Shown here piece by piece: positions 1 through 9,301 of a DNA stretch of 64,000 bases (within the stretch, counting starts at the first letter, position 1; each line of letters opens with the position of its first letter). This DNA is from an uncultured Parachlamydiaceae bacterium (lineage in GTDB: Bacteria; Chlamydiota; Chlamydiia; Chlamydiales; Parachlamydiaceae). The stretch spans positions 896,001-960,000 of the forward strand of contig CAVULX010000003.1 of the NCBI GenBank assembly GCA_963742415.1, in the 5' to 3' direction. The notes beneath the pieces are model-generated. The model was not told where the DNA came from and ran no database searches. It was given only the letters and a program-made list of their open reading frames with translations. A program made the position numbers and the translations under genes.

Positions 1-1599
1 ATTGGGATTATATTTTACCTGAGTTTCTAGTTGAGGAAGGCCTGAGTCAATGAGATGATACCCGACATGCTTGCCTACGGTATTTCCACTCTCGCAAGCC
101 ATGGCTAAAACACGTTCCGCAATTTCAATTTCTAAATATTGGGAGCGCTTAGCTAGATGTTCGATGACCTCTCGGTATTGGTTTCGGGTAGAAAAATCCA
201 TTTTAGGATAAACATTCGCGGGGTCTTGATTTAAAATAGCATCAACTGGACTCACTTTTTCGAAAATCGTTGGCCAAGAAAGTTGCGATAATGCAATGAG
301 ACTTATGATCGAATTGGAAAAAGCTACTTGCTCAGCGGTTTCATGCATTTGTTCTTGATGGATGATGTCATCTACGGGAATGGCAAAACGTTCTTCCAGC
401 CACTTTCTCGCTAAGGAGAGGATAGCTTCTTCATCAAATAAATGGTCTAATAGTTCTTCTGCGAAATGGGAGGAGGGATTGGGAAATTCATTAGTTAAGT
501 CAGCAAAAAAATCTTGTAAACGGCCAGGCTCGCGGCGTCCTACATGCAAAAAACGGTTGCCCCAAAAGCTTGCCAATTCCCCCTCTCGCATCCGGTTATC
601 CACATTGATGGCGAGCGATTGCACCCATTCTACCAATCTAAGCCTCAGCAATAGTGGGAAGGCCCAAAGCTCCCCGATCGTGAGCGGTTGAACTGATTGA
701 TAGCTTGTCAGAAACTCTGTTATATTGTCCCCACTAAGCCTTCCTGCGGTGTTATTGACCAACTCAACAGCAAGAGCATAAATGCGTGGCAATCCAGAAA
801 AAGGGCCGCTTCCGATTTGGGGAAGCTCTTTATAATATTGTTTTGGAAGATTCCGCTGAACTTCTTCAATGCTTGCTTCAATGACATACATGTTGTCCAA
901 CAGCCATTCTGCCGATAATGTGAGGGTTTGTTCGATATCTTCGCCTTCAGCAATGTCATGACGAAGGAATTGAAGGATCCGTTCACTTCTTTGAAGCTGC
1001 TTTAATAAGGGGTGGGGATGGCTGAAATTTAACGTTTCCTGTTTTATAGAATCTGCCAAATTGATGGCATGCTGCCGCAATTGTTCAATCGTGAGCGGCT
1101 CTTTGGGAAGTCCAAGATTTTTTTCCCCTTCAAAGATATCGGATCGAAGTAAAAATGAGACAGGATGTCCGCTTTCAACTTGGCGTAAAATCCTCAAAGC
1201 TTCTGCCGCTTTCCTCCCTTTAACCTGGACAATTACTAAGATTTCATCTACCACCACCAGATTTTTAAAACGCTCGACAATATCCTTGTCGATGACATTC
1301 AAGAAATACCAAGCAATCAGACTTCCAAGTCCTGCGATAATAAGGCCTATCAGAATTGAGCTCATGAAAAAATTTAGTTGGAGATGGATAAAGAGGGCAA
1401 AAAGAGGGATCATGAGAAGGGCAACAAGAGCTCCTATAATGATGTGCGTGGGGTAGAATCTTTTAACAACCTCCAGCCCTTCAGGCGTATGATGAATATA
1501 GGCAAAGCGTCTGAACCCACCCCGCTTTAGCTCTTTAAGAACTGCATTGGCAGTTGAAACATTTTGATAAAAGCCAAGACCGATATTCCACTTTCGCAT
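1..1599 (-). CDS. ndvB: Cyclic beta-1,2-glucan synthase (Cgs/NdvB/ChvB family), N-terminal part; runs off the left edge
   Basis: Not in the ORF track. Manual translation of segments from ATG 1599 (MRKWNIGLGF...) gives EWLLDNMYVIE..LPKQYYKELP, LPRIYALA, LTIGELWAFPLLLRL, DPANVYPKMDFSTRNQYR and HVGYHLID, typical of the Cgs N-terminal region; start and window-edge segments are in the same frame. Confidence 0.85.
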   Translation of the reverse strand, partial: MRKWNIGLGFYQNVSTANAVLKELKRGGFRRFAYIHHTPEGLEVVKRFYPTHIIIGALVALLMIPLFALFIHLQLNFFMSSILIGLIIAGLGSLIAWYFLNVIDKDIVERFKNLVVVDEILVIVQVKGRKAAEALRILRQVESGHPVSFLLRSDIFEGEKNLGLPKEPLTIEQLRQHAINLADSIKQETLNFSHPHPLLKQLQRSERILQFLRHDIAEGEDIEQTLTLSAEWLLDNMYVIEASIEEVQRNLPKQYYKELPQIGSGPFSGLPRIYALAVELVNNTAGRLSGDNITEFLTSYQSVQPLTIGELWAFPLLLRLRLVEWVQSLAINVDNRMREGELASFWGNRFLHVGRREPGRLQDFFADLTNEFPNPSSHFAEELLDHLFDEEAILSLARKWLEERFAIPVDDIIHQEQMHETAEQVAFSNSIISLIALSQLSWPTIFEKVSPVDAILNQDPANVYPKMDFSTRNQYREVIEHLAKRSQYLEIEIAERVLAMACESGNTVGKHVGYHLIDSGLPQLETQVKYNPN

Positions 1600-1884
1600 T
1601 GTGGGCCCCGCCTAGCAAGCCTATCGTTATATTATATTAAATTTTTACCGGATGCCTCACTATTTGTAAACAAGTGCTCCCATCGGTAGCAAAACTTAAA
1701 TATTTTTAAATCTAAATATCCTTTTTAAATATCCTTAATTTTTCTGTTGTATGAACAGCATAAACTATTTCAATATTTATTATTTTAAATAATTATTATT
1801 TTATTAATTATATTGCAATAAAAAAACAAGGTGTTTTATGTTTTTTAAATCGAATTATAAAAAGCTAAATTAGAAGGTTCTCTT

Positions 1885-3999
1885 ATGTCTAGCTCAACCA
1901 TAAATTCATATAATCCAATTAATCCATTTTATTTAATTAATCCAAATGCAACCAATGTTGATCCCAAACTTTTACCTGGAAAAGGGGTTCACACGCCTTA
2001 TTTTGAGGGGCGCCGCGTTGAAACTTATACTGATATTCTCGAAAATCTAACCCCACCTCAAAGAGAAGCCATTGAAATGAAATTAAATCATGTGGACCAA
2101 GGGAGATTAAAAGATGTCTGCGAGGCCTTAGCAAAAGGGGATATCACCGCTCCTATTACCCAGATGAAGAATTTTTCTTTCTATTGTTTACTTGCTTTAA
2201 GGGAACAACTAATCGATGGGCAAACCTATACGACAAGCCAGCTTTTTTTAAATGTATTGAACCGGCTTGAAGATAAAAGCAAGGCGGAAATCGTTTCCCT
2301 TTTTATTGGGGAAGCCATCAATCCCCGAGCATGGAATTTGATTCAAGAAACGCTTAAACCTTTTCCCGATACGCAGTATCAAAATGAAACAAAGAAGAGT
2401 AATGCCTATGATCCATGTCCTCGCATGACGCCGGAACAGCTTAAAACTTTTTTTGATTTGATGAGAAGGCTCCCGCCCCTAGAACGGCAATTTATCCTGA
2501 TTCCTGATCCTAATCCTATTGGGAAATTAAAAACTCCAACAAAAACGATTACTGTTAGAATTCAGTTGCTTTTTCATAGTTCTAATGCACTGTGCCGTGT
2601 TTCGGATAAGGAGGGGGAACCCAAAAGAATCAATCCTTCAAAAGGGATGTATCAAGCTCTGTTAATAGCAAAACATGAAGAATATGCCCCCACATTAATA
2701 ACGAATTATAACTTGGCTGACATTGTTGTGTTAAAGAATGGAATTCCTCGAAGAGAACGCCCCTTTTGTTTAGATCCCACTCCCGAAATGGAGTCCATTT
2801 TACCTCCAGTGCCGGAAGCAGATGGATTTCCTTGTGATATTCGCGTAAATGAAAGCGGGTATCATGATGGAGGATATCATGGAGATGTTTTCGGTGATAC
2901 GAAAGATGATCAAATGAGATATTATGCGGTTGGCCAAATTTGTGAAGATATAGCAAAAGAAATGTCTAGCCCAGAAGCGTCTGAATTGGCAAAAATGATA
3001 GCAGATAAAATTTACGATATGGATAATACTGCGTATAAAATATTTGGAAAAGTTAATTTACCTTTTTCTGATCGTGCAGCTCCTTTTTGGTATGTTATAA
3101 CGCGGCGTTTAAATGGAGACAAATTTACAAATGAAAGGGGGATGATAATCAACGAGATTTTTCATAAGCTTATCGAGCAGGCTGATCAATTCAAAGAAAA
3201 GTATGATTTAACATTGGAGAGTTTCATTCAAGTTAATTTTTCTAAATATGCACACATTGTCACTCAGGCTCAAGTTAGTACTAAAAATTTATTTCAAGGA
3301 GTAATTCTTCAAGCTGAGGCTGTTTCATCTTTAATAGAGAGAGTTGAAGGGAAAAAAATGGAGGAGCTGATTCAGTTAAGCAAGCATCCGACAAGCTACC
3401 TTCTTCGCACACAAGCTTTGAAGCAACTAAGAAAAAAGGTGGACCAGACAAACCGTGGAACGTTTATCAGCCTTTCTCAAAAATCTCCCGCAGCGTTTTC
3501 ATTAGCTGCAGAGATGTTTATGGATGATTTTCATAGGCTGCGCTTGACATACGAACAAAGAGCTCCTTCGCTTGTTAGAAATTTGCGTGAAAAAGTACAA
3601 TATCATCCGAAGTTTGAATATTATATTAAAACGGCTGTTATTAAAAAGGATTCAAAGTTATTTGATTTTCTTATGACCGGGGATGAATTTAGACAAAAAA
3701 CTGTAAATCGAGTTTTTGATGATGGAATGACTTTATTACAAACAGCTCTTTATAATAAAAGTTCTTACATGGTAAAGAAACTTTTAGATCTGGGAGCAAC
3801 CCCCTTTTCGATTGCAGGGCAGGTTTCCCATGCTCCTATAGAAATTGCAATCAAGTCAAGAAATCGAGCCTTGATTAATCTGATCAATGAAGCCATGAAA
3901 AAATCTCAGATTTCCTATATTCCTAAAGAAATTAAAATGACCACATTGGGCCGCGCTTTAATTGATAAAATTGAAGAACCCATGAAAAAATTATCCTAA
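1885..3999 (+). CDS. Effector-like hypothetical protein, paralog 1 of 4, with C-terminal ankyrin-like repeats
   Basis: 704-aa ORF; S/T/N-rich N-terminus; GMTLLQTAL..MVKKLLDLGA and APIEIAI resemble ankyrin repeats; strong similarity to the next three ORFs. Confidence 0.8.
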   Translation: MSSSTINSYNPINPFYLINPNATNVDPKLLPGKGVHTPYFEGRRVETYTDILENLTPPQREAIEMKLNHVDQGRLKDVCEALAKGDITAPITQMKNFSFYCLLALREQLIDGQTYTTSQLFLNVLNRLEDKSKAEIVSLFIGEAINPRAWNLIQETLKPFPDTQYQNETKKSNAYDPCPRMTPEQLKTFFDLMRRLPPLERQFILIPDPNPIGKLKTPTKTITVRIQLLFHSSNALCRVSDKEGEPKRINPSKGMYQALLIAKHEEYAPTLITNYNLADIVVLKNGIPRRERPFCLDPTPEMESILPPVPEADGFPCDIRVNESGYHDGGYHGDVFGDTKDDQMRYYAVGQICEDIAKEMSSPEASELAKMIADKIYDMDNTAYKIFGKVNLPFSDRAAPFWYVITRRLNGDKFTNERGMIINEIFHKLIEQADQFKEKYDLTLESFIQVNFSKYAHIVTQAQVSTKNLFQGVILQAEAVSSLIERVEGKKMEELIQLSKHPTSYLLRTQALKQLRKKVDQTNRGTFISLSQKSPAAFSLAAEMFMDDFHRLRLTYEQRAPSLVRNLREKVQYHPKFEYYIKTAVIKKDSKLFDFLMTGDEFRQKTVNRVFDDGMTLLQTALYNKSSYMVKKLLDLGATPFSIAGQVSHAPIEIAIKSRNRALINLINEAMKKSQISYIPKEIKMTTLGRALIDKIEEPMKKLS

Positions 4000-4010
4000 C
4001 TTAGATTAAC

Positions 4011-4045
4011 AAGAGTTGTCGGAATATTTGATTCCAGCAACTCTT
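4011..4045 (+). terminator. Stem-loop after paralog 1 (possible terminator)
   Basis: AAGAGTTG-TC-GGAAT-atttg-ATTCC-AG-CAACTCTT just after the stop codon. Confidence 0.45.
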
Positions 4046-4059
4046 ATATGAACTATTTA

Positions 4060-4088
4060 TTGCTTTAAATAATTAATTACTTTACAAT
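4060..4088 (+). promoter_or_regulatory. Putative sigma66/sigma70 promoter of paralog 2
   Basis: TTGCTT-17 nt-TACAAT, 50 nt upstream of ATG 4139; AT-rich context lowers specificity. Confidence 0.4.
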
Positions 4089-4138
4089 TTAATTTTTAAT
4101 CTAATTAAAAAATTATAATCTGTAAATGGTTTTTATTT

Positions 4139-5719
4139 ATGTCTAGTTTAACTATAAATTCAAATAATTCAATTAATCAATTTTATTTATTTAATCCAAG
4201 TACAACTGATATAGACCCCCAACTTTTACCTGGAAAGGGGGTTCATAAGCCTTATTTTAAGGGTCGCCGCGTTGAAACTTATACTGATATTCTCGAAAAT
4301 CTAACACCACCTCAAAGAGAAGCCATTGAAATGAAATTAAATCATTTGGATCAAGGGAGATTAAAAGATGTCTGCGAGATTTTAGCGAAAGGGGATATTT
4401 TGTCTCCTATTACTCAAATAAGGAATTTTTCTTTCTATTGTTTACTTGCATTAAGGGAACAACTGATCGATGGGCAAACCTATACGACAAGCCAGCTTTT
4501 TTTTAATGTATTGAACCGGCTTGAAGATAAAAGCAAGGCAGAAATCGTTCCCCTTTTTATTGGGGAAGCCATCAATCCCCGAGCATGGAATTTGATTCAA
4601 GAAACGCTTAAACCTTTTCCCCTTACGCAGTATCAAAACGAAATAGAGGAAGAAGATGAGAATGACCCTTATCCTCGTATGACTTTAGAGCAGTTAAACG
4701 ATTTTTTTGATTTGATGAGACCGCTTCCCCCCTTAGAACGGCAATTTATCTTGATTCCTGATCCTAATCCTGTCGGGGAACTAAAAACTCCAACAACTAC
4801 GGTTACAGTTAAAATTCATCTGATTTTTCATCGTCAGAATGCACTATGTTGTGTTTCCGATAAGGAGGGGGAACCCAAAAGAATGATTCCATCAAAAGGA
4901 ATTTATCAAGCTTTGTTAATAGCAAAACATGGAGAATATGCCCCCACATTAATAACAAATTATAACTTGGCTGCCATTGTTGCTTTAATGAATGGAATTC
5001 CTCGAAGAGAACGCCCTTTTTGTTTGGATCCCACTCCCGAAATGGAGTCCATTTTACCTCCAGTGCCAGAAGCAGATGGATATCCTTGTGATATTCGTGC
5101 CAATGAAAGCGGGTATCATGATGGAGTCTATCATGGAGATCTTTTTGGTGATGCCGAAAAGGATCAAATGAAATTGTATGCGTTCGGCCAAATTTGTGAA
5201 GATGTAGCAAGAGAAACTTCTAGTTTCGTGGTGTCTAAACACGCAATAATAACAGCGGAAAGTATTTACGATATGGAGCATTCTGGGTATAAAAGATTTG
5301 GAAAAGTTAATTTGCCTTTATCTGATCGAGCAGCTCCTTTTTGGCATTCTATTGCAGAGACTCTTCCAATTGGTGAAATAGAAAAAGAGAAATACGTAAT
5401 AGAAACTGAAATTTTTAATAAACTCATCGATCATGCCGATCATTTCAAAGAGAAGTATGATTTGACTTTGGAGAGTTTAATTCAGGTTAATTTTCATAAA
5501 TATAAAAATCCCGCTGACCCCTATGCTCCATTGAGTCCTAATGGATATTCAAAAACATCTGATTTAAAATCTTTGGCTGTTTCAACTTTAAGAAAGAGAT
5601 TTAAAGGAAAAAATTTGGAGGAGCTTGTTCAATTAAGCAAGCATCCTGGAAGTTATCTCATTCGCAAGAAAGCTTTGGAGCAACTAAGAAGACAGGAGAA
5701 ATTGTCCAATCTTGGATAG
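4139..5719 (+). CDS. Effector-like hypothetical protein, paralog 2 (no ankyrin tail)
   Basis: 526-aa ORF with long blocks nearly identical to 1885..3999. Confidence 0.8.
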   Translation: MSSLTINSNNSINQFYLFNPSTTDIDPQLLPGKGVHKPYFKGRRVETYTDILENLTPPQREAIEMKLNHLDQGRLKDVCEILAKGDILSPITQIRNFSFYCLLALREQLIDGQTYTTSQLFFNVLNRLEDKSKAEIVPLFIGEAINPRAWNLIQETLKPFPLTQYQNEIEEEDENDPYPRMTLEQLNDFFDLMRPLPPLERQFILIPDPNPVGELKTPTTTVTVKIHLIFHRQNALCCVSDKEGEPKRMIPSKGIYQALLIAKHGEYAPTLITNYNLAAIVALMNGIPRRERPFCLDPTPEMESILPPVPEADGYPCDIRANESGYHDGVYHGDLFGDAEKDQMKLYAFGQICEDVARETSSFVVSKHAIITAESIYDMEHSGYKRFGKVNLPLSDRAAPFWHSIAETLPIGEIEKEKYVIETEIFNKLIDHADHFKEKYDLTLESLIQVNFHKYKNPADPYAPLSPNGYSKTSDLKSLAVSTLRKRFKGKNLEELVQLSKHPGSYLIRKKALEQLRRQEKLSNLG

Positions 5720-5920
5720 TTTAATAGTCTTTTCAAAACTCCTAAGCAGCTTATCATTAGTTTCTGTCTTTTGATTTTTATGAAAAACAATTATTTATAA
5801 ATAAGTTGTAATATTTAGTAGTTTTTATTAAATAATTAAATTTTATATTGAATTAAAAAACATAAATATTTATATTTTTATATACTTAATTTAAAAACTA
5901 TAACTCAAAGAGTTTTATTT

Positions 5921-7552
5921 ATGTCTAGTTTAACTACTATAAATTCAAATAATCAATTTAATTCATATTATTTAATTAATCAAGATGCTATTAATCTAGT
6001 TCACAAATTTTTACCTGTAAAAAGGGAGCAAAAGGTCTATTTTGAGGGGCGACGCGTTGAAACTTATAACGATATTACCGAAAATCTAACTCTAGATCAA
6101 AAACAAGCTCTTGAAGATAAATTAAATTCTTTGCCAGATCAAGAATCTGTCCTCAACAAGGTTTGCGAGGCCCTATCGGAAGGAGAAATCCAAGATTCGC
6201 CTATCGAAAATTTTTCGCTCTATTGTTTACTTGCTTTAAGAGAACAACTGATTGACGGTCTCACCTATTCAACCAGCCAGCTTTTTTTAAATGTGCTGAA
6301 TCGGCTTGTAGATAAAAACAAGGCAGAAGTCGTTCCCCTCTTTTATGACGACGACATCAATCGCCGAGCATGGAAATTGATTGAAGAAACTCTCAAACCT
6401 TTTCCCCGTACGCAATATCGAAACGAAATAATAAAAAGTAATGAATACGATCCATATCCTCGCATGACATCAGAACAGCTTACGATTTTTTTTGATTTGA
6501 TGAGAACGCTCCCAAGTCTCGAACAGCAATTTATTCTTATTCCTGATCCCAATCCTATTGGGAAAACAAAAACTCCAGTACGAACAGTCAGCTTTGAAAT
6601 AAATGACCTTATTCATAGACCAAATGTACTGTGCCGTGTTTCGGATAAAGAGGAGGAACCGAAGAGAATGATTCCATCAAAAGGGATTTTTCAAGCTTAC
6701 TTAATAGCTAAACATGGAAAATATGCCCCTACATTAATTTCAAGTTATGGTTTATCTCCCGTTAATGTTTTAAAGAATGGAATTCCTAAAAGAGAACGCC
6801 CCTTTTGTTTAGACCCAACTCCGGAGCTTGTGCAGCTGTTACCTTTAGTTCGAAAAGCAGATTTAGTTTTGTGCGATTTTCGCGTAAATGAATGCCCGTA
6901 CCATGATGTGTATCATGGAGATCTTTTTGGTGACGCCAGAGATGATCAAATGAAATTTTATGCGGTAGGCGAAATTTGTGAAGATTTAGCAAAAAAAAAT
7001 GCTGAAGTATTTGAATCTGCAAATACTATAGCTGAACAAATGTATGATATGCAGCATCTTGCTTATACAGAGTTTGGAAAAATAACTTTGCCTGCTTCCG
7101 ATCGCGCTGCTCCTTTTTGGCTATCTATAGTACGGTGGCTTCCAGAAAAAGATAGATATGCAAAAGATCAAATTATAACTGAGATTTTTAATAAGCTCAT
7201 CGATCAAAGTGATTCTTTTAAAGAAAAATATGATTTAACATTGGAGAGCTTAATTCAGGTTAATTATTCTAATTATTTTTGGAGCTTAACTTCCCACACT
7301 CCTTTGAATTTTACTTCCCACACTCCTTTGAATCATAGTGAACATGTAAATTCGACTAGGTTTCGTTCTTTGGCAATTTCAACTTTAGAAAATAGATTTA
7401 AAGGAAAAAAATTTGAGGAGCTTATTCAATTGAGCGAGCATCCTGCAAGTTATCTTCTTCGCCAGAAATCTTTGGAGGAACTAAGAAAACCGATGGACAA
7501 GACAAACTCTGGAACGTTTATTAGCCTTTCTCAAAAATCATCCTATAAATAA
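5921..7552 (+). CDS. Effector-like hypothetical protein, paralog 3 (no ankyrin tail)
   Basis: 543-aa ORF sharing YFEGRRVETY, RMIPSKG, ERPFCL and YHDVYHG motifs. Confidence 0.8.
   Translation: MSSLTTINSNNQFNSYYLINQDAINLVHKFLPVKREQKVYFEGRRVETYNDITENLTLDQKQALEDKLNSLPDQESVLNKVCEALSEGEIQDSPIENFSLYCLLALREQLIDGLTYSTSQLFLNVLNRLVDKNKAEVVPLFYDDDINRRAWKLIEETLKPFPRTQYRNEIIKSNEYDPYPRMTSEQLTIFFDLMRTLPSLEQQFILIPDPNPIGKTKTPVRTVSFEINDLIHRPNVLCRVSDKEEEPKRMIPSKGIFQAYLIAKHGKYAPTLISSYGLSPVNVLKNGIPKRERPFCLDPTPELVQLLPLVRKADLVLCDFRVNECPYHDVYHGDLFGDARDDQMKFYAVGEICEDLAKKNAEVFESANTIAEQMYDMQHLAYTEFGKITLPASDRAAPFWLSIVRWLPEKDRYAKDQIITEIFNKLIDQSDSFKEKYDLTLESLIQVNYSNYFWSLTSHTPLNFTSHTPLNHSEHVNSTRFRSLAISTLENRFKGKKFEELIQLSEHPASYLLRQKSLEELRKPMDKTNSGTFISLSQKSSYK
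7289..7333 (+). repeat. In-frame 24-bp-period tandem duplication in paralog 3
   Basis: ACTTCCCACACTCCTTTGAAT at 7289 and 7313, encoding TSHTPLNF-TSHTPLNH. Confidence 0.9.
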
Positions 7553-7705
7553 ACACTGAGCGACTTGTACAAAATCATCCTAAGTTTGAATATTATGTTA
7601 AAACGGCTATGATTAATGAGGATAAAAAACTTTTCCATTTTCTCAAGGTCGAGTTTATGATGACCGGATCCCTTTATTACAAACAGCTCTTATAAGAAAA
7701 GCACT
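7553..7705 (+). pseudogene. Decayed remnant of the ankyrin-tail coding sequence behind paralog 3
   Basis: GTACAAAATCATCCTAAGTTTGAATATTATGTTAAAACGGCT and CTTTATTACAAACAGCTCTT match paralog 1 at about 3595-3640 and 3731-3750. Confidence 0.75.
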
Positions 7706-7732
7706 AAAAATGAAGATGAGTTTATAAATTCA

Positions 7733-9268
7733 ATGATCTCTGAGAACGTAAATTCCTTTGTCATTAGTCAAAGAAATTTAGATTTAGTCAGAGATGCTGC
7801 CGCGATACAAACAAATGAAAGTAGCATTAAAAAAAGTTATTTCGAAGGGCGGCGAGTTGAAACGTACACTGATCTAGTCGAAAATTTAACAGATGCCCAA
7901 AAACAAAATCTTGAATTTAAATTAAATTCTTTGCCGGATCAAAATTTTGTCCTTAAAGAGGTTTGCGAGGCCTTATCCAAAGGTGACATCCGAGCCCCGA
8001 TCAAAAATTTTTCTATGTATTTCTTGCTTGCATTGAAGAAGCAATTGATCGATGGGTTAACCTATACGACCAGCCAGCTTTTCTTAAATGTTTTGAACCG
8101 GCTTGGAGATAAAAACAAGGCCGAATTCGTTCCCCTTTTTATCGACGCAGCTATCAATCCAAGAGCATGGAATTTGATTGAAGAAACTCTCAAACCGTTT
8201 CCCGGTTCCCAATACAAGGGTGAAATTATCATCAACAATGAAGAAGATCCATACCCTCGTATGACAAAAGAGCAACTAAAAGTTTTTTTTGATTTGATGA
8301 GGATCCTCCCCCCTTTAGATCAACAGTTCATCCTTCTCCCAGATCCCGATCCGATTGAAAAAAAAAATGTAGCTTTAGCAAATACGATAACTAAGCGGCT
8401 TAATCATACCCTCTTTCATAAGTTTAATGTCTTTTGCCGGCTTTCAGATAAAGAGGGAAAACCGAAGAGGATGATCCCTTCAAAGGGGATGATTCAAGCC
8501 TATTTAATAGCAAGGTTTGGAGAACATGCCCCTACATTAATCACAAATTATGGCTTATCCCCCTTTGCTACTTTAAAAAAAGGGATTCCAATCAAAGAGC
8601 GCCCCTTTTGTTTAAATCCTCCGCCAGAGGCAGAATTACCTATGGTATGGACTGCAGACAAGTTAGCATGCGATATTTGTGCAAATGAATGTGAATATCA
8701 TGATTTTTATCACGGGGAGATTTTTGGGGAAATAGGAAGGGATCAAAAGAAGTTTTATGCTTGCGGTCAATTTTTTGAACAATTAGCAAAAGAGCTTTCT
8801 CCGGAGGACAAAAATTTAGAGCTAGTGAAAAAGGCATCGGAAAAATTCTATGATATGGAGCATGCAGATTATAAATTTTTTGCCAAATTGGATCTCCCTT
8901 CATCTGATCTAGCAGCCCCGTTTTGGAGTGCTTTCACTTACCGAATGCTTAATATGGACATAAAAATTGTCTTCAAATTTATAAATGAGTTAATAGATAA
9001 AGTTGATTTTTATAAAGAAGAGTATGATATAACCTTGTGGAGTTTAATCCGGATTGATTTAAAAAAATACAAAAAAAATATGGATATTGGTGATTATAAT
9101 AATGTTCGCAATTTTCAAAGTTTTGTTGAACAAGCTATAGACAGTTGTTTATCAGAGAAAACAAAGGAAGACCTTAATCAAATAAGCAAAAACAAATATA
9201 GTCATTTTCTTCGCAAAAAGGCGTCTGCAATTTTAAAAGAGAGGGCTTTATGGTCCATGCTGGTTTGA
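7733..9268 (+). CDS. Effector-like hypothetical protein, paralog 4 (most divergent)
   Basis: 511-aa ORF with the same motif series, including YHDFYHG and FYDMEH. Confidence 0.8.
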   Translation: MISENVNSFVISQRNLDLVRDAAAIQTNESSIKKSYFEGRRVETYTDLVENLTDAQKQNLEFKLNSLPDQNFVLKEVCEALSKGDIRAPIKNFSMYFLLALKKQLIDGLTYTTSQLFLNVLNRLGDKNKAEFVPLFIDAAINPRAWNLIEETLKPFPGSQYKGEIIINNEEDPYPRMTKEQLKVFFDLMRILPPLDQQFILLPDPDPIEKKNVALANTITKRLNHTLFHKFNVFCRLSDKEGKPKRMIPSKGMIQAYLIARFGEHAPTLITNYGLSPFATLKKGIPIKERPFCLNPPPEAELPMVWTADKLACDICANECEYHDFYHGEIFGEIGRDQKKFYACGQFFEQLAKELSPEDKNLELVKKASEKFYDMEHADYKFFAKLDLPSSDLAAPFWSAFTYRMLNMDIKIVFKFINELIDKVDFYKEEYDITLWSLIRIDLKKYKKNMDIGDYNNVRNFQSFVEQAIDSCLSEKTKEDLNQISKNKYSHFLRKKASAILKERALWSMLV

Positions 9269-9301
9269 CAAGGATTTCACTTTTAAGTTTGTGAACACCC
9301 T

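Noticed and set aside
362..1456. Short ORFs listed at 362, 697, 720 and 1061
   Set aside because: They are antisense or off-frame shadows of the glucan synthase gene on the minus strand.
1885..9268. Paralog array as a diversity-generating retroelement or cassette-switching locus
   Set aside because: No reverse transcriptase or recombinase nearby, and differences are not adenine-specific; ordinary tandem duplication explains it.
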